From Monocercomonoides exilis PA203 (lineage: Eukaryota > Protista > Preaxostyla), in the NCBI GenBank assembly GCA_001643675.2, contig LSRY02000002.1, forward strand, positions 1,922,001 through 1,986,000: a stretch of DNA of 64,000 nt, read 5' to 3'. Under the pieces are notes generated by a model. It searched no databases. It was not told the origin of the DNA and was given only the letters and a program-made list of their open reading frames with translations. The translations under genes and the position numbers were made by a program. The stretch's first letter is position 1; every line of letters starts with the position of its first letter. This document shows positions 34,606 to 48,685 of the stretch, piece by piece.

Positions 34606-36229
34606 CTAGACTTCAGAATTAGTATGATCACTATCATTGATATCGGATTTAGATTCTTCAGACTTATTCTGATCTAACTCACTTTTGGCTTCATCTTTAT
34701 CATTTTGTTCAACAACAGAAGAGTCGCTTTCCTTTTTTTCACTTTCGTCTGTTGCAGTTTCCGTTAACTTCTTATCCTTATCATTTTTCACATCATCTTC
34801 CCCTTCAGATTTTTTCTCACTTTCTTTATCTTTTTTATCCCACAAATCCACAAAATATCCATCAGGAGCAGGAACAATATATGGCATGATTACTCTCTTA
34901 GAGCCTTTAATATTCATTGTTCGCATTCGACCTTTCAATTGCTGAATCTGACCACTTTTCATAACCAAAAAGTGATTCATCAAAATTGATTCAAAGTTAT
35001 TTACAAATGAACATACAGAGAAAAGAACTTTAAAAAAGTACAAACCTAACTTGTTCATCCTTTGCACATAATGGAACCATTCTAACTTCACATATTGGCA
35101 TCATTCTTACACGCATTGGAGGTTGAGGTGTTTTTTCTGAAGAAGAAGAAGAAGAAGAGGAGGAGGAAGAGGAAGGAGAAGAAGAAGATGATGAAGCTTC
35201 TTCACTTTTCTCATAAATGTTTTCTCTTTCAACTCTCATTAATTGATGGAACCCTCCTGCATGCCCTACCGAAAGAACAAGTATGCCTCCTCCTTTCAGT
35301 TGAGAAACCAATTTCTGAGGAACTTCTAAAAATATTTAAAAGTATATTTTTTTCGAAAAATATAAAAAATTAAAGTAAACATGCCTTCAGCCGATGCACC
35401 GACATATATAGCATCATAAGGTGCTCCAATTTCATAACCGTCACGGCCATCTCCCTCTTTAAGTCCAATTATAATTTATTAATGAATGAATTACATTAAC
35501 ATCATTTTTGTGTTACAAAATTATTAAAGCATGAAAAAAAAAATAATATAAAATTAAACGAAACCTACAAATTCTATAATGTTTTTCCTTCTGAGTTCTC
35601 TAATATGTTCAGGGTAATGTTCATTGTTGACAATGTCATTTCCATTTGTAATAAAGCTTGAAATGTGATCTATTCCAATAACATGCCCTTCTTTTTCTTT
35701 AACCAGCATTCCAAAGCAACAGGTTAGATATGAACTTCCTGAGCCAACATCTAAAATACGAGGATGCTCAGATTTTTTTACTGCATCAAAAATTAAATGT
35801 AGTGCAAGAGCATGAATATGTGGAGCAGAAATAGTTGCATAATCTCCAATCGGTAACGCTCTGTCCTGCATTTATTTAACACATATATGAACATTAAAAC
35901 GTGAAAAAGATAAAAAATCGAAAACTTCGTAAGCATATTTTTGATGAGATGGAGGCACAAAAAGACCTCTATCAACTTGCAGCATTGCCTGTTCAACAAT
36001 TGGATTTAATATTTTTCTTCTTTCTTCAAAAATCAACATAAAAAGAAATTAAAAATTATTCCATTTATGTGAAAATAGTCATAATTAATAAAAAAATGAA
36101 AATAAATACGCCACCTTTCAATCCTTCAACTAATTCTTTATGCGAAGAATAAACAATAAATTTTATTTTAACTCCATTTTCTTCGACCTCTCTTTCTTTT
36201 TGTTTTTTTTTAAATAGCCAAGAAAACAT
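34606..36229 (-). CDS. PCMT1: Protein-L-isoaspartate O-methyltransferase with acidic C-terminal extension, multi-exon
   Basis: Spliced pieces: AMLQVDRGLF...AYE|DRALPIGDYATISAPHIHA, ILDVGSGSSYL, VIGIDH, GDGRDGY..GAPYDAIYVGASA, QLKGGGILV, VRMVPL. Confidence 0.9.
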
Positions 36230-36315
36230 AATTGAAGTTTGTTCGATTTTTATTATGGCCAAGAGAAAGAATATATATTGCATTAGATCAAATCAATTAT
36301 TTTTTGCCCTTTTTC

Positions 36316-39300
36316 ATGTCACAGCTTCCGCTGAACAACGAAAATTTATTTTCTGTTCTACAATTAATATCTTCTGCATCAGCAGAAGATAGAAAGTCGG
36401 CTGAAGCGACATTAAAATCAGTTTTTTATTGTTTTTAAAAACTTCTATTTAATTTATTATTGTTGTTAAATTAGTGGAGAAAAGTTAATAACTATTATAC
36501 AATGTTTATGGCTTTTATTATGACACCAGAAATTGATATTAATGTGCGACTTCAAGGAGCAATTCAATTGAAACATGGAGTTCTTTCAACATGGGGCATT
36601 TCAACTGATAAAACAGGAAAGAAATTAATGAGAGAAAAAATTTTGATTGCACTTGCAGCATCTCCTAAGCCAATACAAAATCAATTCTATGTTATCATTG
36701 AGTCAATGATTGTTCACGATTTTCCACATAAATGGATCAACCTTTCTTCACTTATTGCACATGCATTTCAGGGAACAGAACTTAAAACAAGAATCGCATG
36801 CTTTCCAGTAATATTTTCAATTGTCAAAAAATATTATGAAATTCATCCTGATGATGCTAAACCTCTTTTCCGTTCAATGAACCATTGGTATCCTACGCTG
36901 AAGAGTACAGTCCAAACAATAATGGAAAATTTATCTCAAGGAGGAGACGAACAGGGCATGATTCTTAAATATTTCTGTAAGTTTTTGGTGAAAGTCTCAG
37001 AATCATATCTTCCTCCTTTATTCGATGATGCAAATGAAATTAAGATTCTTGTTGCAATTTGTGTTCAAATTTCAAGTTTGCCTCTCCCAGCAGATACTTC
37101 GGTTTGAAAAACAGCTATTATTTACCATCATTTTCACCACTAAACATATTTCGATGAATTATTTTTTCTGAATTTGTATTACACTTCCAATTTTTACAAC
37201 ATAGGAGTTGTGGCATAAAGCACAAAAATGGGCAATGCGATTTTTAGTCCTTGTTTTTAGAGAATACGGACTTCCAAGTAAAGGTCATGAAGAAATCAAA
37301 GAATTTTCCGAAAATTGGATGACTAACCACGCGAATAATCTTATAACACATTATTTGGGTATTCTCCACCAGTCACAATCCCAGTCGGCAGACAAAGCTT
37401 CTCATTCATCGAAAATGCTGAGCAGTGCAGTTGACATCCTGGCTTTGGGAGCGCAGCACAATGCGACATTTATTCCTTCGATTTTCCCTCACATCGAATC
37501 CATCTTGAAAGAGATTATTCTGCAGAACTTGACGTTCACAGAAAATGAGCTGTCTTTGTATGACTCTTCCCCCGTTGCTTTTATTGACCTTATGGAAAAC
37601 GAGGAAAATTCGTATCAAACTGAGCTTGGATCTTCCTCATCTTCTTCATCGTCCTCCTCTGCTTCTTCTGAATCATCGCATCCACCCAAAGAACATGAGT
37701 ATTATTCTTCTCCGCTTCGGCAATCGGCCATTCGGCTTCTTCGCTCTTTTTGCGGAAATCGCCGTGCGTCGTGTCTTCCGATTGTCATGTCCACAATCAT
37801 CAGCTCTGCGCAGGCTGCAGGAGAAATACTGAAACAAGGAATTTCTTCTGCGGCTTCTTCGCCTGCGAACACTGCTGTCTCGGCAGAGCTGTCGCATCCT
37901 GCCTGGAAAGGGATGCACTCAGTGCTTGTTGCCCTCAACCATATCTCAACTTCTTTGACACTTTCAACAATAAATGCCTTTTATCTACCTTCTCCTGTTG
38001 CATCGCTTGGAACAGGCTTCACATCACAACAATTCAAAGACGGGCTTGTTAGCTTTATTAACACAAATGTTGTTCCTCTTATTACTTCTCCCTGTCCATT
38101 TCATCTTCTTGTAAGAGAAGCTTGCATTTTTATTTCAAAATACACACACTTCATAACCATTTCTCCGTTCACCACAGGCTCCTCTACTGGTTCCACACCT
38201 GCTCCTTCAACAGCACTTCTTTCCCAGCTGCTTGGCTCAGCCATCCAATGCCTCGATCATCCATCTCTGGCTGTCAACATGGAAGCAGCACGGGCAGTCA
38301 CCAACACAATACGCTGCGTCTACCATCCATTCACTCCGCTTTTTTCAGCTGTGCAAAGCTCTGTTTCCAGCGACTGCTCCTCTTTAATCTCAACCATTGA
38401 ATCATTCCTTCCGACGCTATTCAGAAAACTCTTTGACATCCTGAAGAAGACACAGGTCGCCACTGCAGCTGAAGCATCATCGCATTCTGCGGTTGCTCCA
38501 ACATCCTCCTCGTCTGCCTCTGATATCGTGGTGACTTGTATTAGCCGCTCTGTTCGCTGCTCTCATTCCACTTTTGGTTCTCCTGCATTCTGCACATTTG
38601 CAAAGTCCTTGTTTGACGATATCATTTCAGCGCTGTCAGTTCTCACCGCAAACAGATGGGCTCGCATCAAAGCGCTTGACGAGAAAGAAGCTCAATTAAC
38701 TGCATCTTCAGCTGGCGGCACTGACGGAGCCATTTCGGTTTCTACTCAACCTACTGCTGCTCAGTCATTGCAGCAGGAAACACACGCTGAAGGGCACGAG
38801 ACAGAATTTATTGACCAACTCTCTGATTCTCTATTCTACATAATTTCTTTTTCAAAGCAAAGTCCAGAATTGTATGCATCATTTGAGCCAACAATATCAA
38901 ACATGATTATTTCTGCAATAGCCGCGAAAGACATCACATTTATTGACGATATTTTGCCTTCTTTCGAGTTGGTCTGCTTGGGAATGATGAATGCAATGCC
39001 ATCTCCATCTTCAGCTGCTTCTTCTTCATCAGATAAAAGTGGAATGACAAACACACTGGGAGCTTGTATTAGTCAGCTTTGTGCGTTTGTTTCTGTTCAT
39101 ACGGACATGCTGGAGTCAATTCTCCCTTCACTCCAAGCGGTGGCTGAGAAGTATCTGCCTGCCGTTTTGAACACACCAACGCTCATCCTTCCTCTTTTCA
39201 AGGCGCTTCGGGATCCATTTGAACTTCATACAAAGCACGAAAAATCAGTTGACGACTCCTCAATCATTCCGTCTGCGGCGTCGCTTGTTCTTCTGCTCGA

Positions 39301-40937
39301 CCAGCCTTCTCCACACATTGCATCATACGACATCCAACTGATCCAGTCTGCCAGGCTGCTCAAGTTCTTCCTTCTGCGTGCGGGGATTCAGCGTGTCAAC
39401 GGCACATACACAGCATTTGCAGGCACAGATGCATCAGCCTCCTTCTGCAATGGAATCATTACATCAGGTGACTTTATCACATCTGTGCTGGAGCTTTCAT
39501 GGCAGCGATATCCTTTTATTCTCATTCCACACACCAGACATCTTGTTTCACAAATCATCATGTTGTGCTTATTTGCATCTCCTGCGCACTCCTTCAACGC
39601 CATCTGCAAACAGACATTAGCTCGTCTTAAGGCTCTTGGCGTGGAGGCACAGCAAAAGATGAGAAAGGCTTTTTCGTCTGAATCATCTCGCGGGGCGATG
39701 TTGAAGATGATGCACCAAGCAATCAGAACCAACTCTCAGCTCAGCTTGCCACAAATTCCCACTTTCTTCGAACTGTTTGATTGGATCTCTTGTGAAATAG
39801 AAATCATTGCCCCAACCAAAAAAGTTGAGATTAAACAGTCTGTGCCTTCGTCTTCTAGTTCAAATTCGACGATGGGATCGATTGCATCTGTTCCTTTCTC
39901 TTCTTCTGTTGGCCGCACCCAATCATCAGATACCACGGAAACAGATGACTCTTTGAAGGACTCTGCTTCTCATCTTTTGCACATGCTCTTTGACAAGAAA
40001 CTTGCTCTGATCTCAATAATCTCTCTTCTCACAGTTTCCATCACATCGTATCCTTCAGAGTTTTCATTGAAAAGCCAGGCTGTTTACTCCTTCATTCCCA
40101 ATATGATGCAGATATCCTCACGACTTGCACAAGATGTTGCAAAATATAACTCTATTCTATCTTCGCTTCCAGCTTCTTGTCTTCCAAAAGCCTGGAGTGC
40201 GATGATGGCAGAGAATGCGACAGAAGAATGGAGATTGACTAGCGGCTCAGAAGCTGAAGTGAGCGGAGATGAGAACGAGATGGAAAGGTTTGTGCATTGG
40301 ATGAATGAAAACGGCAAGCTGCCAGAAGGCATCCAGATGGGAGAGGATACAATTAGCGATGATGACGAAACAAACAAACTTTATTTGAAAGACATCATTC
40401 CACTCGATGAGATGCACCAAGCAGCTGTGATTGATGATGACTTCAAAGAAGAAGAGGAGGAAGACAGTGATGATGATGACGAAGGAGACGGAGAAAGGGG
40501 CATTGAAGAAGACAAAGATGATGATGAAGATGACTCGGATGATGATGACGACAGTTCCAGTCAGAGCTCTGATTCAGACTCTGATTCAGACAGCGACTCA
40601 GATTCAGATTCTGATAACGATTCAGATGAAAACGATGATGATGGAGGCGACAGAGTGCTTAATAATTTTGATGCTGACGATGCAGACGAAAAAGATTTGA
40701 TGGATTCAGCCCCTCTCATTTCGCTAAATGTTCAAGCTGTTTCGTCTATGTGTGTGAAATGTATGCCAATTTGTTCAATTTTTGATTTGAATCATATCAA
40801 AATTTATACGTTCTTTCATTTTTAATTTATTTTTTCCAGTCTTCCAATCAACAGATAAAGAAGGAGTGCTCGCACAGTCAATCAATCAGCTGATGCCACC
40901 AACACAAGCATCAATCAAAGCACTATTTGGCATATGA
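36316..40937 (+). CDS. Importin-7/8-like karyopherin beta
   Basis: IBN_N-like RKSAEATL...VRLQGAIQLK; HDFPHKW; WHKAQKWAMR...EYGLP (cf. importin-7 WKxKKWA...YGxP); acidic loop near the C-terminus. Introns ~36421-36474, ~37102-37203 and ~40754-40839. Confidence 0.82.
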
Positions 40938-41755
40938 TCATGCCTCTTACTTCGGTTTTGAAAAGACTCTTACTCATTTCACAAAATAAAATTCATTTCA
41001 ACAACCCAAAAAAAAGCATTTGAAGAATGAAGATTCCATCCAACACAAAAATCATTATGTGCAAGCCGTTGACATAAGAAACATTTAATTAACTAGTAAG
41101 CATTATCATTTTTTGGGTGTAGCGAGTGTAATGAAAAAGAGATACAACAAATATATACCATTCAAGCAGCAGCTAGCGGACTTCAAATTCTTGAACCTCT
41201 TTAAAAAAAAATGAAAAAATAACAGGTGCAAGATAAAAAACCACAAAAAGAAACGAAGATGCCACAGTGATATTCTGATGGATTAACAGTAAAGGTAAAA
41301 ATTAGAGTAATAAACATCATCACAAGTCTTGTAAAAGAAACAAACAAAATAATAGAAAAAAAATAAAAAGCGTTACTATTTGTGTGATTAAAGTAATTCA
41401 TGAAAAGTACAACAATAAAAACAAAAAGACGAAGAAATACATAATTCCTCACCTAAACTTAGTTGAACAATTGTCAAAGTGAAAAGTATGAGAAAAGACG
41501 GATAAACACAGCAACAATAATCACAAGGTTTAGAAAGAGTTGGAATGGAAACAAACAAAAAAAGAAAAAAATATAATCAAAAAATATGCTTTTTAGATAA
41601 TTTGCGCAGAAACGAAACTTCTTTCACAAAACTATTGATCAAACAACGAGAGATAGAATCATATTAAACATCACAATACATTAGCGAGATTTATAAAAAA
41701 ACATTCAAAAACACTTTGAAACAAAAATTTAGAAATACACAACATTTATTAAGCT

Positions 41756-44700
41756 TCATTTCTGTGCCTGGTGCTGCTTCAGCTCCTTCTCCTCGATTTT
41801 GGTGAGCTTCAGGAGGATCTTCTTCCCAAAGGAGTTCCCACGGACAACTGTCTCGCGGCTTCTCACGATGTGCAGGATCCTCCCCAAGTCGCCTTGCCCA
41901 CACACATTCAGCAGCTGCTGCAGGACGTAGTTGCCGTACGGGTCGCACATCAGAAACAGGAGCCGCCAGCCTTCGCCTGTCTCCTTTGCGCGGTCGGTCT
42001 CTTCGTCGTCGCTCGGCGGGAGGTCAGACAGCAGCAGGCTGATGATGCTGCTCCGGTGGTGCGCATCACACGAAAGCAGCAGCTTCTCCATCGCATTCGA
42101 CGCAAACTTGTGGACAGACAAGGAAAAGAACGTGGGCACAAACTGAGAGAAGAAGAGATCTTTGATGACGTGTGAGCTACAAGGAAATAAATAGATGAAA
42201 AAATAATATATTGATTTGATTGAAAAGTTAAATAACAAAAGTTTTCAAATAAATATGAAACAATATTTATTCTATAAAAAAGCTGAAAAAATAAAAATGA
42301 CAAACGGATCAATTCTGTTCCAATCCAACAGCATGATGTCCTGAATGAGGTAGTTCGCAAACGAGTCCCTCACAAGATCCAGCCCCAGATTCTTCAGCAC
42401 AACACCCAGCGCCAGTGCGATCTTCAGCCTCGGCACAGCCACCGACAGCGCTTTTTGCACAAAGGAGCACAAATGCCTGCTTCCCATGAAGTCTCTGAGA
42501 CAGTCAACGATCTCTTCAACCACAAATGAACGAGAAGAGCAGCCACAGTTGCATGTGCAGCTGGTGTGGTACATCACATCCCTCTGCACAATCGGCGGAG
42601 CCTCTCCATTCAGCATCTGCTTCACAGACTCAATCAGCCGCCCTTCGTCGTCTGCGCACCGACACAGGGAACACGCCGGAGCTGCAACGATCTTCAGCAG
42701 ACAGTGCATTCCGAACTGGTCTCTTGCAATAGCCACCACATTCCCTTTTACCCCGTTCTCCACCTGCTCCCACCCTTCTGTCGTCTGCAGCACATCCATC
42801 AGCCGCTGCACCACACGCGTACCAAACGCATTCACTGCGATTTCCGAAAAGACAGGCGACAGAAGCGCTGCCAGCCTTTCTCTCTGCGCTGTGTTCGACC
42901 ACTGCAGCATCCTCTGCACAGTGTAGTTGCCAAACTGGTCGCAGCACAGCCACCCGATGAAAGGAGCTGTCGCCTCAATCACCAAAGACACTGTGTGTGT
43001 CAGGAGCGGCGAGTGGTGCTCAGAAGTGGAAGGGTCTTCAGCCGGCCACGTGTCGTGCTTGTCTCTTTCTCTCTCCCAGTGGCGCTGTTCTTCACACACC
43101 TTGCCGTCTCCTCTCTGCCGCAGAGTCTCTTCGTCCTGTGCGCTCATCTTCCAGTTGTGCCCTTTCTCGTTGTGGAAGCTCCACTCTCCACACAGCTCAA
43201 TCGCCCGCTGCACAAAGCGGTTGCCGTCTTGTGTCGACAGAAGCGCTCCGATCTGCGGCAGAACAGCCGAAAGCGACGAGAAAGGCGATTCTACACTGAC
43301 ATCAGTCTCCATCCGAAGGGAGTTAAACCGGCGCGTCGATGAAGACAAGTGTGAAGCAGACGAGGAGACAGACGCAGACAAAGGTACAGAAGGAGATGGG
43401 GAAGGCGCGGGGGATGCTCTGGATGAATTGCGCGTGTGGAATGAGGGATGGCTGAGAGAGGAAGGATTGGTTCCATTTTGAGGTGTGTGGTTGGAGGAAG
43501 ACGGGACAGCGCTGTTTGAGTGATGTGCAGATGGCATTGAAGACATGGCGTATTTTGGGCTAGGATCAGGCAAGATGGGCTGATAGCTGTATGGAGAAGG
43601 CCCAGGATAACTTGTACCAGTTGAATAGACTGAGTTCATGTTCTGTATTTGTGGCTGGGGCATTGGCTGTTGATACAAAGGCAGGTCAGGCTGCAGACGA
43701 GTGAGGGAGTCTCTCATCTCAGCAGAAGTGGCAATGCTCTTTGGAGGAATGAGAGGCGGCTGTATGCGACTGACTGAGCCAGCAGGAGAAGGCGAAGGAG
43801 ACGGAGAAGCAGAGGAATAAGGGCGGGGTGGATTGGGAGGTGCACCAGAAGGAGGCATCGGAGGAGGAGGGAGGAGAGGAGGATAGCGAGACGCCATGTT
43901 CTGCTGAGGGAAGTACGGCTGGAGCATTGAGAGAGAAGGAGGATCAGCAGAAGAGGACGGAATAGAGGGAGAATATTGATTGGATGCTGGTGGAAAGAGC
44001 TTCGAAGGCATTTGGGAAGAGGAAAGAGGAGCATAATACTGTCCTTTAGAAGAAGAAGAAGAAGCAGCCATTGAAGAGCCATCTTGTGAAAAACCCATTC
44101 GATTTGGGGGAATCTGAAGTGCCATCGGGTCATCTTTGTAAGTTGGCAGGGAGATGTCTGGAGGAATAGCCATGTTTGATCCATATGGCTGGATTGGATT
44201 GAAGTTGCCTATGGAATACGATGAGGAAGGGAGAATTGGTTGGTTCTGTGTGGATGTGTCGAATTCGAATTGAGACATTGCCTTTGGATTGGGATAGAGA
44301 TTGTATTTGGAGGGGCCTTCAGGATAAGTGGATGAGGAGGACGGTGAAGAAGAAGGTGAGGACGATGAAGATGATGAAGAAGCTGATGTTGATGACATCC
44401 CAGTTGCTGACTGAGCAGAAGGAGTCATATACGATGAAGTGTTTGTCGCATAATCACCACCAGCACCAGCACCACCTATAGCATTAGAAGTTGCACTGCC
44501 CATGTTTTCACTCGAAGCATTCATCGAACTCCGCAGGGCGCTTTTTGGTAGCTCATTCATGTTGTTCTTGAGGCTGGCGATGCTCTGAATGAGTGGCGGG
44601 TTCTGACTGCCCATTTGTTTGTTGCCAACAAGAGGGAAAGCAGGATTTGATGAAGGAAACGCAGAGAGCAGAGTGGGAGACGAGCCAGCGCCCTGTGACG

Positions 44701-47700
44701 CCGCAAAGGAGGAGACGATGGATGGATTCTGAGGGGACGTGGCGTCGCTTGAAGGGAGATCAGGTGACTGGTTGAGAAGGCCAGAGCCGATGCCGGGGGC
44801 GTAGGCAGGTGTGTAGGAGGAGAGGGAGCCGACGCTGCTGCGCCTGTCGCGTGTGGGAGAAGAGAAGAAGAACTGCTGCACGGAAGCAGCAGAAAGAGCA
44901 GTGGGTGTTTGATTGAGGGTAGATGGGTTAAGAATGAGAGAGGAGGGGCCTGCGGGCATGGAAGCGGTGGTCTGCATAGGAGATGTGGAGTTGGGGGCGA
45001 TGGAAGTGGAAGAAGAAGAAGAAGAAGATGATGATGAGGAGGAGGAAGAGGAGGATGAAGCAGAAGAGGAGGAAGGAGTTGAAGAAGCAGAAGTGATTGA
45101 GAGACTTCTTGCTCCCAACGAGTTATCAGATGAGAGGAAGAAGGGGATGCTGTATCCCATTGGAGAGAGAGGGGTGGAAGAGCTTGGAGATGAGGCAAAA
45201 GGGAAGAGAGACACGTGATGAGCAGAGGAAGGGAGCCCCGCTGGAGGCAGCTGCTGTGTCTGCTGAGGCTGCACATTCAGCATATTCTGTGTTGCCTGTG
45301 CAGATTGATTGGATTGATTATTCTGAATATTTTGTGAATTTTGAGTGTTTTGATTGTTCTGTACTGTCTGAACATTCTGTGGATGAGCACACAACTGGTG
45401 CATCGATGCTACAATGGGAGAAGGAGTGGGAGAAGGAGATTGAGAGCCAGGCGTATCAGCAGGGGATGTGGACAGTGAAAAAGTGGGTGTGGGGATCTGA
45501 ATGAATGCAGGGCGGCGCAGATCAGGCTTGGCAGAATTGAAAGTATTGTTTGGATTGTTTGGATTGGCTGTATTGTTAGTATTTTGCTGTTGCATGTCGT
45601 GTGTCTGAGTGGAAGAGGAGGAGATGGACAGTGGAGATGGAGAACCAGATGCTGAAGGGGTTACAAAAGCAGTGCCAACAGCCAAGTTCTGCGCAGATTG
45701 CTGAAATTGGGGTGATTTTGACTTGTCTGAATGGATTGCTTGTGCATTTCCTTTGGCTGAAGAGTCAGATGCCATCTGTTGCATTGGATGGATTGAGCTG
45801 AGAAGCATCTTTGGAGAGACAGGATAGACAGACTGGGCAGTGGAGGCAAGGGAAAGAGCAGAAGATTGTGACTGTGCAGAAGAAGAAGAGGAAGAGGAAG
45901 AAGTTGAATTAGAAGAAGAAGAAGATGCTGCTGAAGAAGAAGCAGCAGCAGCTGCAGAAGGAGAAGGAGGAGGAATAGTTGTGAGTGAGTTCAATGAAGA
46001 CAGATTTGTTGGAGTTATCGGAAACTGGCCAGACAACTGCTGAATTTGCTGGTATTGAAGCTGCTGCTGCTGCTGCATTGCAGATGGAGTGATCTGTGCT
46101 GTGGGGGTTGTGGGTGTCTGGGCAGAGAAAGTGGGGTATTGGTAGAATGGGGACAGAGGAGAGTTGAAGGATAACTGGCTCGATGTGAGGTAGAGAGGAG
46201 AATGAAGCGACTGAGGCACAGAAAGGGCTGAGAGATGCTGGTGTCCCAGTGCAGACGCCAGCTGTTGCTGTGTCTGTGTCTGTGTCTGTGTTGGAGTCTG
46301 ACTCTGTGATTGAGATTGTGTTTGTGATTGTGATTGAGACTGTTGTTGTTGCTGCTGCTGCTGTTGTTGCGACTGCTGAAGAGTCTGTTGTGCAGTGCCA
46401 GTGAATGTTCCTGTGGGAGAGTTGAGAGGTGTTGCCCCGGCAGACAGAAGAGATTGCTGGGCGATGTATGGGATGGCGATAGAAAGTGTAGGAAACGGAT
46501 GAGTTGAGGAATTTTGTGCGGCCGGCGGTTGTTGTTCGCCATTCATTGAGATTGAAGAGTGAAGTGGGGATGCAACGTTGACGCCAGATGCTGGTGTGTT
46601 GGCTGCTGTTGATGTAGACAAGTCAGTGGAAGAAGAAGAAGTAGAAGAAGAAGAAGAAGGAGATGCGAACATATTTTGTTGAGCATCGCAACTTGACAGT
46701 GCTGCTGCTGCTACTGTAGATGATGCTAATGATGATGTTGATCCATTTTGTCCTGCGGAATTTGTCAAAGCGGCAGAATTCTGCGAAAAAGATGAAGTGA
46801 AAGGTGCACCTGAAGCACCATTGTGGCTTGCAGGGTCCACAAAATCAGTGTTATTCTCTTCATTTCTCTTGCCCTCACCAACTGAAGTGTGGCCATCAGC
46901 ACTCAAAGAAGCATCTGACTGAGGCTGTTCGCTCTGATGATGCTTACTCGGCAGTGTCTTCGCAGGTGATTGTGTCTGAGAGTCAGGCAATGAGTGCTTC
47001 ACCTGCTTTGACGGGGCAACAGGTGATTGAGAAAGATGGTTGGATTCAGTGACTGCAATAGACGAGTTGTATGACATCGACAGCGACGGTGAGACAGATG
47101 CTGACGACTGATCGCTGCTGGAGTTGTTTGAGTCTGTCTCTTCAGAGAGCGAGTGGGACTCCGACCTCGGACGAGAGTGAGATGGGCTTCGTGAATGAGA
47201 GCGAGAACGAGAGAAAGACGACTGAGTGGCTGTAAGCGACGGCAGGGAAGAGGCACGGGGCTCGCGGGAGAGGGAGACAGAGGGCGACAGGGAAGCTCTA
47301 CTGGACGGGGAGCCAATTGTGTCGGAGGCAGACGAAGAAGCTAAGTCAGATGTGTTGTATGTGCGCGAGGTCTGCCCGCCGCCGTCGGTTGAGGTGCGAC
47401 GATGCGGCACTTTCGTGCCACGTGGCCTGCCTTCGCTGTTTTTGCTGCTGCTACTGCTGCTGCTATTACTGCCACTGCCAGTGCTATCCCCGCTGCATTG
47501 AAGCAGCGCGTCTTCGTTTGCCGAGCTGGAGATTGATTGAGAAGTGTATGGATGATTTGCCATTGAGCTGTCAATTTGCTCATCGTGCAATGAATCGCCT
47601 GCAATTGGCGAGCGTTCCCGTTTCTGATGATGTCTGCTTTTGGGACTGCTTTCCTTCCCTGAAGCATCTGAAGCATATGTGTGCTTCGATGATCCGCCAT

Positions 47701-48624
47701 CTTCTAACATCTTTTGCGAATCCGTCTGCAAGATAGAGCCACGACGCGAAGTACAGTCTGCCATCTTTGGAGAACGAAGAGGCGACTGAGAATGCGCTCT
47801 GATCGAAGAAAAGGATCCGTCTGAGCTTTGACGCCCTCGTGGCTGTGGAGAAATGGATTGTGCTTCACTAGAATGCCATTTCCCTTCTTTTGATTCGTTT
47901 TCATCTGAGGTTGAATCGTTATTATCATTTCTAGTTGAAACTTTTCCACTGCTCTGGACAGACGGCTCAAGAGCCGATTGAGAAAAAGATTTTTTTGACA
48001 TTGCCAATGGTTTGCTCACGGAGCTTGTTTGCTGTTTTAATTGTTCGGCTTCAGTAAATCGAGCCAACAAAGGAGAACATTCAGCAATATCACCTTCTGC
48101 ATCGCCAGGAGAAAGAGGAAATCTAAATGCGAAAGGTGATGTTGGAGTTGACTTAGGATGCTGGCACTGTTCTAATGAGTCCAAATAATTACTTTCTTCA
48201 TTAATTAACTGAGCTTTGTTGACCTCATTAAAGCTTTGTCGATCTGAATGCACATCTCCTGAATAACTGCCTTGAATAAAATTTGAATAACCTTCTTGAA
48301 AAGAGTAATTTGTTTGCTGCGAAAAATCAGAAGGATTATAAGTTTGATTGCTATGAAAATCAGCATTCTCACGGAGTGAATCGCCAGGAGTATGCAAGAC
48401 TGAAGATTTGGGGGAAGACGGTGTTGATGCAGACTTAACTTTATGATGCACTTTTTTTATTGACTGAAAATTTCAATAAAATTGCAAATAGAAAAAAAAT
48501 GCAAATCAATAATTCAACGATTTTATAAAAAGCGTACAGAATGTGAATTCAAAAGAGAAACATCAATTTCAATAGAGGGGTGTTGTTTAAAAGATCCCTT
48601 TCCTTCAATTGAACGCGTGGTCAT
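41756..48624 (-). CDS. Pumilio/PUF RNA-binding protein (Puf4/Puf5-like) with ~1800-aa Ser/Gln/Pro-rich N-terminus
   Basis: Exon 1 is 48624-48538 (ATG); introns 48464-48537 and 42177-42305. Eight PUF repeats: GNRFVQ, GNYTVQ, GTRVVQ, GMHCLL, LCSFVQ, ANYLIQ, ASNAME, GNYVLQ. Confidence 0.9.
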
Positions 48625-48685
48625 CGAAGGCTTTTCTTCAATAAAAAATAAGAGTAATATTGGGAAGATCTTTTTGGCTTTGTTT

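Noticed and set aside
48482-48685. N-terminal 68 aa of the ABHD ORF (TTG start) and the GTG start of the PUF ORF
   Set aside because: Non-ATG starts from the ORF caller. This region holds PUF exon 1 and intron 1 on the minus strand, and the ABHD ATG is at 48686.
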